Shown piece after piece: positions 45,344-52,876 of a DNA stretch of 52,876 nt. The translations under genes were made by a program, and so were the position numbers. The DNA comes from Candidatus Pacearchaeota archaeon (GTDB taxonomy: Archaea > Nanobdellota > Nanobdellia > Pacearchaeales > GW2011-AR1). The notes under the pieces are model-generated. The model worked only from the letters and a program-made list of their open reading frames with translations, did no database searches and was not told the origin of the DNA. The stretch lies in assembly GCA_050124795.1 (NCBI GenBank), contig JASFEO010000006.1, forward strand, positions 1 through 52,876. The letters run 5' to 3'. Numbering within the stretch: position 1 is the stretch's first letter; every line of letters starts with the position of its first letter.

Positions 45344-45976
45344 TTAGGCATTTTCAACATCTTTCTCTTTTTTCTTTTCTTTATCCTGCTTTTTAACTCT
45401 CACTTTTCGTTTTTTAATCATCTTTTCTTTATGGTTTTCATGAATATATACCCTTTTTTTACCATTATTCTCAATATCTTCTTGTATAAAACCCTCACTT
45501 TTTTGTTTTATGGCATTTATTTGCCCTCTAATTGTTGATTTTTCTTTTCCAAGCATTGCTGCTAAATCATCATAACTTAACTTCATATCACTGTTTAGAA
45601 GAATCCAAATAATTGCTTTTTCAGTTATTGAAAATTGGTCTAAATTTGGTGTTTGGACAACTGTTTGGACAGGTGTTTGAACGGCATAAACAGGTGTTTG
45701 TTTTTTGGACAGCCTTTCAGTTGTTTTAAACATTTGTTTATTTCCAAAATTATTTACTTCCATTACAATTTCTTTAAGTTCTTCTAAATCTTTTTTCATC
45801 GTCGATAAATTTTCTTTTAACCTATCAATATCTGATTTATGCAAATTTTTTTCACTATCTAAGTGTTTAATCCATTCACTAAAAGAGACAAAATCTTTTT
45901 TTACAGATTCAAAACCTTTCTTTGTTTCTTCTTTTATTTTCTCAGCCTCTTTTTTCCCAAAAAACCAACCAAACAT
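45344..45976 (-). CDS. Amphipathic N-terminus + coiled-coil + winged-HTH protein B
   Basis: MFGWFFGKK; FSITEKAIIWILL...LSYDDLAAMLGKEKSTIRGQINAIKQK. Confidence 0.8.
   Translation of the reverse strand: MFGWFFGKKEAEKIKEETKKGFESVKKDFVSFSEWIKHLDSEKNLHKSDIDRLKENLSTMKKDLEELKEIVMEVNNFGNKQMFKTTERLSKKQTPVYAVQTPVQTVVQTPNLDQFSITEKAIIWILLNSDMKLSYDDLAAMLGKEKSTIRGQINAIKQKSEGFIQEDIENNGKKRVYIHENHKEKMIKKRKVRVKKQDKEKKKEKDVENA
45648..45711. repeat. Intragenic array of TGTTTGGACA-type repeats (12-bp period)
   Basis: Exact copies at 45650 and 45662, variants at 45674 and near 45690-45711; encodes QTPVQTVVQTP. Confidence 0.85.
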
Positions 45977-46070
45977 AAAAATTATTATGAAAAGAGGTTT
46001 AAATACTTTTTGCTTTTATATTCGATAAAATAATTAAAATTATCCTTAATTTTGCTTGTTTTTTCAATAG

Positions 46071-46241
46071 AAAAAATTAACAAACAAACACCTGTCCAAA
46101 CAGCGTTTTATAAAAAATTAACAAACAAACACTTGTCCAAACACCCTTAAACACCCTAAAATAAATCAAACAGGTGTTTAAAATTAGTTTTTTCTCAAAT
46201 TTCGTCGTCGATAAAGCGATTTAAACACTTGTCCAAACACC
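46071..46241. repeat. Intergenic array of AAACACYTGTCCAAACA repeats, inverted relative to the intragenic array
   Basis: 32-bp direct repeat 46071..46102 / 46112..46143 (1 mismatch); third copy at 46223..46241. Confidence 0.9.
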
Positions 46242-46393
46242 AAAAATTCTAATAAAATCTTTCTATTCCAACTATTTTAATTTAAAATTAACTAAATTAA
46301 CCTAAGTGCACAAATCTGGCAGGAATAAAAATATTAAGAAAAAATTATCCCTCTCAAAAAGTTAATAAACTTCTTTTTTTTCTTTTTATTAAA

Positions 46394-46675
46394 ATGAGGA
46401 AAAAAATAAAGCAATTCTTTACACCCGGGACAAGGTTCAAAAGAGAATTCAGGCGACAGGCAAGAATGTTCACAACATTTGCACTTGGTTTTACAATTGC
46501 ATTTACCTGGAGGCAAACAATTTTTGATTTATCCCAATCTTTTCTGCAATATCTTTTTCATCTTGAACATGCTTCAGCTCTAAGCATTTTTGCATCAGTT
46601 TTCATCACATTAATCAGTGTTGGGATAATCTATTTAACATCTTATTATCTAAAAGACAGTCATGAAAACTATTAA
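46394..46675 (+). CDS. DUF5654-like small membrane protein
   Basis: TTFALGFTIAFTWRQTI plus a second TM. Confidence 0.65.
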   Translation: MRKKIKQFFTPGTRFKREFRRQARMFTTFALGFTIAFTWRQTIFDLSQSFLQYLFHLEHASALSIFASVFITLISVGIIYLTSYYLKDSHENY

Positions 46676-46750
46676 TCATTAATAATAACTAAGTTAACCT
46701 AAGTGAATATGCTCGCAAGTTTTTTAAATTAGTTTTTTATCTATGTCTTT

Positions 46751-47098
46751 ATGGGATTAATCGGCGCAATGACAGGGAACGCATTAGGGAGTTCTTTAGA
46801 AAAATTAAACAAAAAAATAGAAGAGTCCTATCTTTTATTGAGGCAACAAGATCCAAACAATTCTTTATTAGATTTATTAGATATTCAAGCTGAAAACCCT
46901 TTTAAGTATAAATTAACTGAAGTGATTTACAAGAAATATCCTGAATCAGAAAAAGAAAAACAATCACATTCAAGATTTTTATTTAGAGATTTAAATTTGT
47001 TGGAAAAATACCTCTCTAATCTTAATTCAGAACTAAGACAACCAAAGTGCACAAATCCCTTAAGTAAGTTTACTTTTTCTGATGAAAAAGAAGCCTAA
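46751..47098 (+). CDS. Hypothetical protein
   Basis: 115-aa ORF with a TATA-like element upstream. Confidence 0.55.
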   Translation: MGLIGAMTGNALGSSLEKLNKKIEESYLLLRQQDPNNSLLDLLDIQAENPFKYKLTEVIYKKYPESEKEKQSHSRFLFRDLNLLEKYLSNLNSELRQPKCTNPLSKFTFSDEKEA

Positions 47099-47230
47099 GT
47101 CAGTTTTACACATAAAAGCTTCATAAACTTAAATTATCAAGACTTTAATGGCAAGATTTATATACTTAGGGTGCCTGAAAGACACGTGAACCAAGTAATT
47201 TATACCCTAAGTTCACAAATAAAAGAGAAT

Positions 47231-47866
47231 ATGACAAACAAAAGAAAAGGAGGCTGGCAATTCTGGGTTGAAGATTTTGGAAACTATGTAATAAAAACCC
47301 CAAAAAACAAAAAAGAAATTTCAGATTCTGTCATAAACTGGCTAAGGTATATCAACAAACTTGAAGAACATGATAAAAGAGTGAATAATATGGTTTGTGA
47401 TTTAAAAAACTCAACAAGATTAATAAAAAAATCCAAAATCCCTCTGTCTATTTTGGCTGATTTAGAATTTTTAGATAATGGAAAAATCAAACAAAAAAAA
47501 GTAATTGTTTTAGAAGAAGAATTCCAAAAATTAATCAAACAAAAAAATTTGAAACAAGCAAAAAAATTAATTGATCAGACCATAAAGTTGTTAATTGAAT
47601 TATGGAAATATGGCCTGCATGAAAAGACTTACAAGTTTTATTCAAATATTGGAATATTAAATAATAATCTTTTTTTAATTGACCCTTTTGAATTGACTGG
47701 AGATAAAAAGAAAATTGAAAAGCAAATCAAAAAAAAGAAGTGGCGCAATCAAGTAAAATATAGTAAGAATTCTTTAAAGGAGCTCTCTCTTTATTTTGAA
47801 AAAAAGATGAATGAAGAGATGACTTTTAAAAGATTAAACAAACTTTGGAAACAAAACCTAAAATGA
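47231..47866 (+). CDS. Hypothetical protein, possibly a degenerate kinase-like fold
   Basis: GGWQF..YVIKTP; GLHE..F.SNIGI...FLIDPFE. Start moved to the in-frame ATG 47231. Confidence 0.5.
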   Translation: MTNKRKGGWQFWVEDFGNYVIKTPKNKKEISDSVINWLRYINKLEEHDKRVNNMVCDLKNSTRLIKKSKIPLSILADLEFLDNGKIKQKKVIVLEEEFQKLIKQKNLKQAKKLIDQTIKLLIELWKYGLHEKTYKFYSNIGILNNNLFLIDPFELTGDKKKIEKQIKKKKWRNQVKYSKNSLKELSLYFEKKMNEEMTFKRLNKLWKQNLK

Positions 47867-48636
47867 CCTCTCAAAACCCCTTAGCAGCAATTTACATCCG
47901 TGTTTCAACAGAAGACCAAGCAAAATTCGGAATCTCTTTGCATGCACAAGAAGAAGCCCTGAAAAATTATGCAAAAGCTCAAGGATATGAAATTTTCAAA
48001 ATCTATAAAGATGAAGGAAAATCTGCAAAAGACATTAAACACAGGCCGGAGATGACCCAATTATTAAAAGATGCAGAAGTAAGAAAGTTTCAGGCGATTT
48101 TTATTTACAAGCTTGACAGATTTTCCAGATCCTTAATGGATTTAATCACAACAATCGAGCAATTAAAAAACTGGGGAATTGACTTTGTTTCTTTGCAGGA
48201 TAAAATCGAAACAACTTCTGCAACCGGAAAATTAATGTTTCATATTGTCTCGGCATTTGCGGAATTTGAAAGAAATGTTACAAGTGAAAGAACAACGTTC
48301 ACAATGCATTCAAAATTCAAAAGCGGAAACCTCGTCACAAGAGCCCCTTTAGGATACAAGGTAGAAAATAAACAACTAGTTCCTGTAGAAAATTCCTACA
48401 TTGTCCAGGAAATATTTCAAACTTTTCTAAATAATGACATTAGTTTAACCCGCCTTTCAAAAAAATATAATCTATCAGTAAATGGCTTAAAAAAAGTTTT
48501 ATCAAATAAGACTTATTTAGGTAAGGTAAAGTTTGCAGGACAAATTGTCCAGGGAAAACATAATCCTTTAATATCAGAAGATCTTTTTAAAAAAGTTCAG
48601 GATAAATTAGATAAAATATCTTTTACAAAAAACTAA
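47863..48636 (+). CDS. Serine recombinase (resolvase catalytic domain plus recombinase DNA-binding domain; no zinc ribbon)
   Basis: YIRVSTEDQ, YKLDRFSRS, AFAEFERN, APLGY, TYLG and HNPLISEDLF. ATG 47863 overlaps the upstream stop. Confidence 0.92.
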   Translation: MTSQNPLAAIYIRVSTEDQAKFGISLHAQEEALKNYAKAQGYEIFKIYKDEGKSAKDIKHRPEMTQLLKDAEVRKFQAIFIYKLDRFSRSLMDLITTIEQLKNWGIDFVSLQDKIETTSATGKLMFHIVSAFAEFERNVTSERTTFTMHSKFKSGNLVTRAPLGYKVENKQLVPVENSYIVQEIFQTFLNNDISLTRLSKKYNLSVNGLKKVLSNKTYLGKVKFAGQIVQGKHNPLISEDLFKKVQDKLDKISFTKN

Positions 48637-48637
48637 A

Positions 48638-49282
48638 ATGAAAAATAAAATAAAAACAGTGATTTTTGATGTTGGCGGAGTTTTGGCAATCCCGCTTGTC
48701 CCATTAAAAAAATTCCGAGGGCAAAATCACAATTTAGGGGTTCATGAATATGTTGCAAAAAAACTGAAAATTTCAATAGACCAATATTTCGACTCAATAG
48801 ACACTGCCCATGCAAAATCAATTGAGGGAAAATTGTCTTATGAAGAACTTGTGCATCTTTTCTCACTTTACTTTAAAGTGCCAATGAAAAAAATTGAAAA
48901 ATTTTATAGAAAAGCATTTAAAAAAAATTTCAGGCAAAATAAAAAATTATTCAAACCGGCAAATGAATTAAAAAAAGCAGGATATAAAATTGCAGTTCTC
49001 TCAGACCAGTGGCCATTGTCTTATAAAAACTTAATGCCAAAAAAACTTTATTCTAATTTTGACCCTGTTGTTGTTTCTTGTTTTTCCGGAATGCGAAAAC
49101 CAAATCCAAAAATTTACAAACTAACTTTAAAAAAATTAAAATTAAAACCTTCTGAATGTCTGTTTATCGACAATCAGGAATGGAATATAACTCCTGCAAA
49201 AAAACTTCACATAAAAACAATTCTGTATAAGAATAATAAACAATTATTTAAAGAAAAAATTTGGAAGGAGTTGTTTAAATGA
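48638..49282 (+). CDS. HAD-superfamily phosphatase (YihX-like)
   Basis: IFDVGGVL, LSD, MRKPNPKIY, FIDN. Confidence 0.88.
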   Translation: MKNKIKTVIFDVGGVLAIPLVPLKKFRGQNHNLGVHEYVAKKLKISIDQYFDSIDTAHAKSIEGKLSYEELVHLFSLYFKVPMKKIEKFYRKAFKKNFRQNKKLFKPANELKKAGYKIAVLSDQWPLSYKNLMPKKLYSNFDPVVVSCFSGMRKPNPKIYKLTLKKLKLKPSECLFIDNQEWNITPAKKLHIKTILYKNNKQLFKEKIWKELFK

Positions 49283-49845
49283 ATCAAATAAAGAGAATAA
49301 CTTTAACAGGACCACGTTCAGTTGGGAAAACAACGGTTTCGAAATTATTAGCTAAAAAGTTAAAATTAAAATATATTTCTTCAGATGAATTGGGTGAAAA
49401 AATGACAAGAAAACATGGAGGATTGGATAAAGCAATTAAATCTGGGACAATTAAAGAAATAATAAAAAAGAAAGGATATACTTTGATTTTGAATGAATAC
49501 AAAAAGAAAAGCTTTGTTTTTGATCTTTCAATTGGTGCATTCACTTCAAGAGAATTTAAAAAAGCCGGCAGGGAATTAAGATCTGTTGCTAAAAAGAAAT
49601 CTTTTGTTATAGGACTTCTTCCATTTAAGCCTTCTAAAAAATCTGTAGAATTATTATACAAAAGAGAAATAAAAAGAAAACACTTTAGAAATTCTGATAA
49701 AAATGAATTATTAAAAAGAACAAAAAAAAGATTTTCAGAACAAAAAGATATTTTATTAAAAAATTCTAATCTTATTATTTATACTGAAGATAAAACCCCA
49801 AAGAAAATAGTAAAAGAAATTTTATCAAAGGTAAATTTAAAATGA
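49279..49845 (+). CDS. P-loop kinase (shikimate/NMP-kinase-like)
   Basis: ITLTGPRSVGKTTVSKLLAKKL..YISSD. Confidence 0.8.
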   Translation: MNQIKRITLTGPRSVGKTTVSKLLAKKLKLKYISSDELGEKMTRKHGGLDKAIKSGTIKEIIKKKGYTLILNEYKKKSFVFDLSIGAFTSREFKKAGRELRSVAKKKSFVIGLLPFKPSKKSVELLYKREIKRKHFRNSDKNELLKRTKKRFSEQKDILLKNSNLIIYTEDKTPKKIVKEILSKVNLK

Positions 49846-50252
49846 ACATCTTTTCAAAAAAAACTGCTTATGAACTTGAAAAAAATTCAATAAACCTAAT
49901 GACTTCTCGTTTTGATCAGTTGTTATATGGACTTGACACTAAAAAAGGAAAATTCACTTCCCTTGCGCAAAAAAATAAAATCATAAATTCAATAAAGGAT
50001 TATATTAAATATCGCGAAGAAGAAAAAATAATAAATCAAGATTCTGAAATTTGGAAAATATTCATGAAAATAAAAAAACTAAATTTCAATTCAGTTTCAG
50101 AAATTAAAAAAATTTATTCAGAACTTCTTGAATTAAAATTTAAATTTCATTATACTAAAAAATCAATTTATTATAAACAAAAAGGAAGAGAGATTAAAAT
50201 GGAAAAAGGTCAAAAAGGTTTTAAAGATTTCTTGGGAGGTTTGTTTAAATGA
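49842..50252 (+). CDS. Hypothetical protein
   Basis: 136-aa ORF with ATGA overlaps at both ends. Confidence 0.65.
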   Translation: MNIFSKKTAYELEKNSINLMTSRFDQLLYGLDTKKGKFTSLAQKNKIINSIKDYIKYREEEKIINQDSEIWKIFMKIKKLNFNSVSEIKKIYSELLELKFKFHYTKKSIYYKQKGREIKMEKGQKGFKDFLGGLFK

Positions 50253-50785
50253 ACTCCTCAACATGCGCAAAATGCGGCTTTGTCTCAATTAATAATTTTT
50301 CAAGATTTGGTCTTCCTCTTTGTTCAATTTGCATTCGCTTTGCACCAAGAACACCTGAAAAATTAGATGAATATGTTGAAGAAAAAATAAATTCTGAAAC
50401 TCTTGAAACATTTAGAAAATTCTCAGAAATCGGCAGACCTCAATTAAACTCAATGACAAAAAAAGCAGAATCAGGTTCACCAATGTCAAGACCTGCATTT
50501 GGCTACAAGTTTGAAGACAAGAATTTAGTTCCTGCAATAAATTCAAAAGAAGTTGAAGAAATCTTTGAAGAATTTTTAAACAACAAAATCTCCTTAACAC
50601 AATTAGCAAAAAAACACAACTTCTCAGTAAACGGCTTAAAAAAAATTCTGACAAACTTTACTTACATTGGAAAAATAAAATTCAATAACAAAATCCACAA
50701 AGGAAACCATGAGCCAATAATTTCAACAACACTTTTTAATCATGTTCAAAATAAATTAGAAAAATTAGGAATTAAGAAAAAATAA
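50249..50785 (+). CDS. Zn-finger + recombinase DNA-binding-domain protein lacking a catalytic domain
   Basis: CAKC...CSIC, then RPAFGY...SVNGLKKIL.N.TYIG...HEPIIS, closely matching the C-terminus of 47863..48636. Confidence 0.8.
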   Translation: MNSSTCAKCGFVSINNFSRFGLPLCSICIRFAPRTPEKLDEYVEEKINSETLETFRKFSEIGRPQLNSMTKKAESGSPMSRPAFGYKFEDKNLVPAINSKEVEEIFEEFLNNKISLTQLAKKHNFSVNGLKKILTNFTYIGKIKFNNKIHKGNHEPIISTTLFNHVQNKLEKLGIKKK

Positions 50786-50820
50786 TTAATTTTCTAAAAA
50801 TTTTGAATCTTCAAATCCTT

Positions 50821-50887
50821 ACTTTTGCAAAAACCAATCTCTTTAATTATTCAGTGCAGAATTAAAAATTTCCTTAAAGAAATTTTT
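50821..50887. repeat. Dispersed intergenic element with hairpin, copy 2
   Basis: 19-mer at 50843..50861; hairpin AAAAATTTC-cttaaa-GAAATTTTT. Confidence 0.75.
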
Positions 50888-51182
50888 ACTTAAATTTACT
50901 CATCCTCTTTGTCAAACTATTAAATGGAAAAGGTCTTTCATTTGTCATAAAAGCTATATATCTAATAAAAACATAAATCTGCGTAGTCCATATTTCACAA
51001 ATTTCTGCAAATTCTTTGTTTCTCCGTCCAGTAAAAAGAGTATAAAACAAATGAATCACAATAATAACACAAATAAGATAACCCCAAACTTCCAAAACAA
51101 TCCCTGAAACAATTGCAATTAAAATTCTCATCAGCACTTCAATTCTTTCAGTCTTTTTCTTCTCATCCTCTTTTTTAGACAT
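50886..51182 (-). CDS. DUF4389-like membrane protein
   Basis: LFTGRRN...YIAFMTNERPFPF. Confidence 0.75.
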   Translation of the reverse strand: MSKKEDEKKKTERIEVLMRILIAIVSGIVLEVWGYLICVIIVIHLFYTLFTGRRNKEFAEICEIWTTQIYVFIRYIAFMTNERPFPFNSLTKRMSKFK

Positions 51183-51245
51183 CTAATAAAAACGAAAAAT
51201 AAGTTTATAAATTTTTGTTTTATTTTTAAAATATTTTTTGGGAAA

Positions 51246-51647
51246 TCATCTCTTAGAACTCTGCCTTTTACTTCTCGCTTTACTGTCTCCGGGTTTATAA
51301 GCTTCTTTACGTCGAACATCTGCAACTAATAAATTCCTATCATATTCACTTAATGCTTTTGCAAGTTTTTCAGAACCAGAAAACTTAACAATTCCTTTTG
51401 CAAGTGCTAATCGTGCAGCTTCAACTTGTCCTTTTTCTCCTCCCCCCCGAACATTAATCTTTGCATTAAAATTTAATTTATCTAAAACCTCATTTGCAAT
51501 TCTCAAAGGCTCTTCAATTTTTAATTTATCAAACATCTGCAAATTTTTATAATCTTTATTATTAATTGTAACCTGTCCGTCGCCATCTGTTAAAACTGCC
51601 CGCGCGACTGCAGTCTTTCTTTTTCCTGAAACAACTATTTTTTTCAT
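51246..51647 (-). CDS. rps9: 30S ribosomal protein uS9
   Basis: SGKRKTAVARA, VRGGGEKGQ, YDRNLLVADVRRKE. Confidence 0.97.
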   Translation of the reverse strand: MKKIVVSGKRKTAVARAVLTDGDGQVTINNKDYKNLQMFDKLKIEEPLRIANEVLDKLNFNAKINVRGGGEKGQVEAARLALAKGIVKFSGSEKLAKALSEYDRNLLVADVRRKEAYKPGDSKARSKRQSSKR

Positions 51648-52036
51648 TTTGCAAATTCTCCAACTTTAGAATATTTTCCTTTTTTTCCTTTTCCTGCTTT
51701 TATCATTTTCTTGTCTTCAAATTCTTTAGGTATTCCCTTATAACACTTTATCCTCTTAAATGCTTCTCTTCCCCGCCCTTCTCTATAATTTGGAAGCATT
51801 CCGCGAATAACTTTTTTTACAATTTTTTCACTTGCCTTATGATGAGTCGGACCCTTTTGACTTGTTCCATATCGCGAAGCCTTTGCTTTAAAATCTTTTT
51901 CAATACTCTTTTTATTTCCAGTAATAATTATTTCCTCGCAATTCACAATTGCAATCTCTTCACCTTTAAGCGCTTCTTTAGCTGTGAAACTAGCAAGCCT
52001 TCCTAAAATTGCATTTTTGCCGTCAATAATTTTCAT
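51644..52036 (-). CDS. rpl13: 50S ribosomal protein uL13
   Basis: IIDGKNAILGRLAS, IRGMLP, GREAFKRIKCYKGIP. Confidence 0.97.
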   Translation of the reverse strand: MKIIDGKNAILGRLASFTAKEALKGEEIAIVNCEEIIITGNKKSIEKDFKAKASRYGTSQKGPTHHKASEKIVKKVIRGMLPNYREGRGREAFKRIKCYKGIPKEFEDKKMIKAGKGKKGKYSKVGEFAK

Positions 52037-52290
52037 TTTTCCATTTTTTCCAAAATTTTTAGTAATTGTGATTCTGAAATCGGATTTTTAAACTCACCAG
52101 ACACAAAAGGGATCCCAAGTTTTTCATAATTTTCTTGAGCATGAGCAAGCATATTAACAAAAAATGGCACGCCTTTCCGCATAGCTGGCGCTATACCTTC
52201 AGTATTCTCTTCAGAAGCATCATATAAATTAATAGTAGCAACGTGATTTCTTTTTGTGATTATATATCTATCGTATTTTTTTCCGCTCAT
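52033..52290 (-). CDS. Hypothetical protein inserted between rpl18e and rpl13
   Basis: 85-aa ORF with ATGA overlaps to both neighbours. Confidence 0.65.
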   Translation of the reverse strand: MSGKKYDRYIITKRNHVATINLYDASEENTEGIAPAMRKGVPFFVNMLAHAQENYEKLGIPFVSGEFKNPISESQLLKILEKMEK

Positions 52291-52655
52291 CGTAAAATTT
52301 TAACTCCTTTCATTTCAGGATTCTTTTTTATTTCTTCACCTATTATAACAACCTCACATTTTTGATTTTTTAATTTTTCTTTTGCAACATCAGAAAATGA
52401 AAGCGCAATAACTTTTAATTTTTTACTTATTTCTCCATTTGATAAAACTTTCCCTGGAACCAAAATAGTTTCACCTTCTTTAGAATTTTTATCAATTTCT
52501 TCTAAATTCAAATTAATTCTTTTTTTCCGAGGATAACTAAGTAAAGAAGCAACTTCAAGCCACTTATCATTTTTCTTTGCTAATTTAATTGTTTCAACTA
52601 ATTCAGGATTAGTTTTTTTCAATAATTGTTTTCCAATCTTTGTTTTTGTTTTCAT
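52287..52655 (-). CDS. rpl18e: 50S ribosomal protein eL18
   Basis: KTNPEL, INLNLEEI, VPGKVLSNG, ALSFS. Confidence 0.95.
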   Translation of the reverse strand: MKTKTKIGKQLLKKTNPELVETIKLAKKNDKWLEVASLLSYPRKKRINLNLEEIDKNSKEGETILVPGKVLSNGEISKKLKVIALSFSDVAKEKLKNQKCEVVIIGEEIKKNPEMKGVKILR

Positions 52656-52833
52656 TTTATTATTTTCATTTTAACGAGAAAAATTTCTTTCTCGCTTAAC
52701 GCGAAAAACTCGCGAGATAAAAATCTATCGAAATATTGGTTTATAAAACTTTTTATCACGCGGCTCCACTGAAAAAGTCTTCAGGGAAAAATAGAGAATC
52801 CCTGAAAACAATGTTAATTCGAGGTGAATTAAC

Positions 52834-52876
52834 ATGAAACAAACAAGAAATCTGCAAATAAAAATTAAACGGTTTT
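52834..52876 (+). CDS. Partial CDS (MKQTRNLQIKIKRF...) running off the window
   Basis: GAGGTGA Shine-Dalgarno at 52821..52827, 6 nt before ATG 52834. Confidence 0.55.
   Translation, partial: MKQTRNLQIKIKRF

Larger units (their letters stand above)
46289..47220. repeat. Recurring AACTAA-n3-AACCTAAGTGCACAAATC-type repeat punctuating small genes
   Basis: Copies at 46289..46316, 46686..46705, 47031..47057 and 47205..47220. Confidence 0.7.

Noticed and set aside
46071-46241. Possible mini-CRISPR (32-bp repeat x2)
   Set aside because: The spacer is only 9 bp, there are two full copies, and no cas genes are present; better explained as binding-site repeats.
46289-50785. Prophage or integrated element around the recombinase
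   Set aside because: No capsid, terminase, primase or transposase genes, and no long flanking attL/attR pair found.
1331-51325. Many 60-200 aa antisense or alternate-frame ORFs in the track (e.g. 14804..15256, 20868..21476, 34860..35267, 45705..46028)
   Set aside because: They lie within longer, motif-supported genes and have shadow-ORF composition (F/S/L/I-rich).

Overview
AT-rich archaeal chromosomal segment. It is probably from a DPANN lineage (Pacearchaeota/Woesearchaeota-like); this is inferred from PolD, Cdc6/Orc1, eL18 and the style of the hypothetical proteins. (1) 1-28.6 kb is a locus of secreted and membrane-anchored proteins. It holds four copies of an uncharacterised acidic beta-rich domain (WQGYFGNV...YYFYVEL) and four membrane-anchored tandem Ig/chaperone-like proteins, two of which are fused to a DNA-identical cytoplasmic HerA/VirB4-like ATPase. 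It also has coiled-coil proteins and five small regulators with adjacent operator-like repeats. I interpret it as a candidate undescribed ATPase-coupled surface filament or adhesion system. (2) 28.6-42.5 kb contains a TctA-like permease, an AAA/DUF4143 ATPase, an acylphosphatase-UppS fusion, and a cdc6-DP1-DP2 run interleaved with nucleotidase and HD genes. (3) 42.5-46.3 kb contains a putative oriC, a PRC-barrel gene and two convergent coiled-coil/wHTH genes whose coding sequences carry an ORB-like box and arrays of short DNA repeats (candidate origin-tethering or segregation system). (4) 46.3-50.8 kb has small genes separated by a recurring repeat, a serine recombinase and a paralog lacking the catalytic domain. 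(5) The window ends with rpl18e-orf-rpl13-rps9 and a hairpin-rich leader. I found no rRNA, tRNA or CRISPR array. All family calls come from motif recognition by eye, not from database searches.
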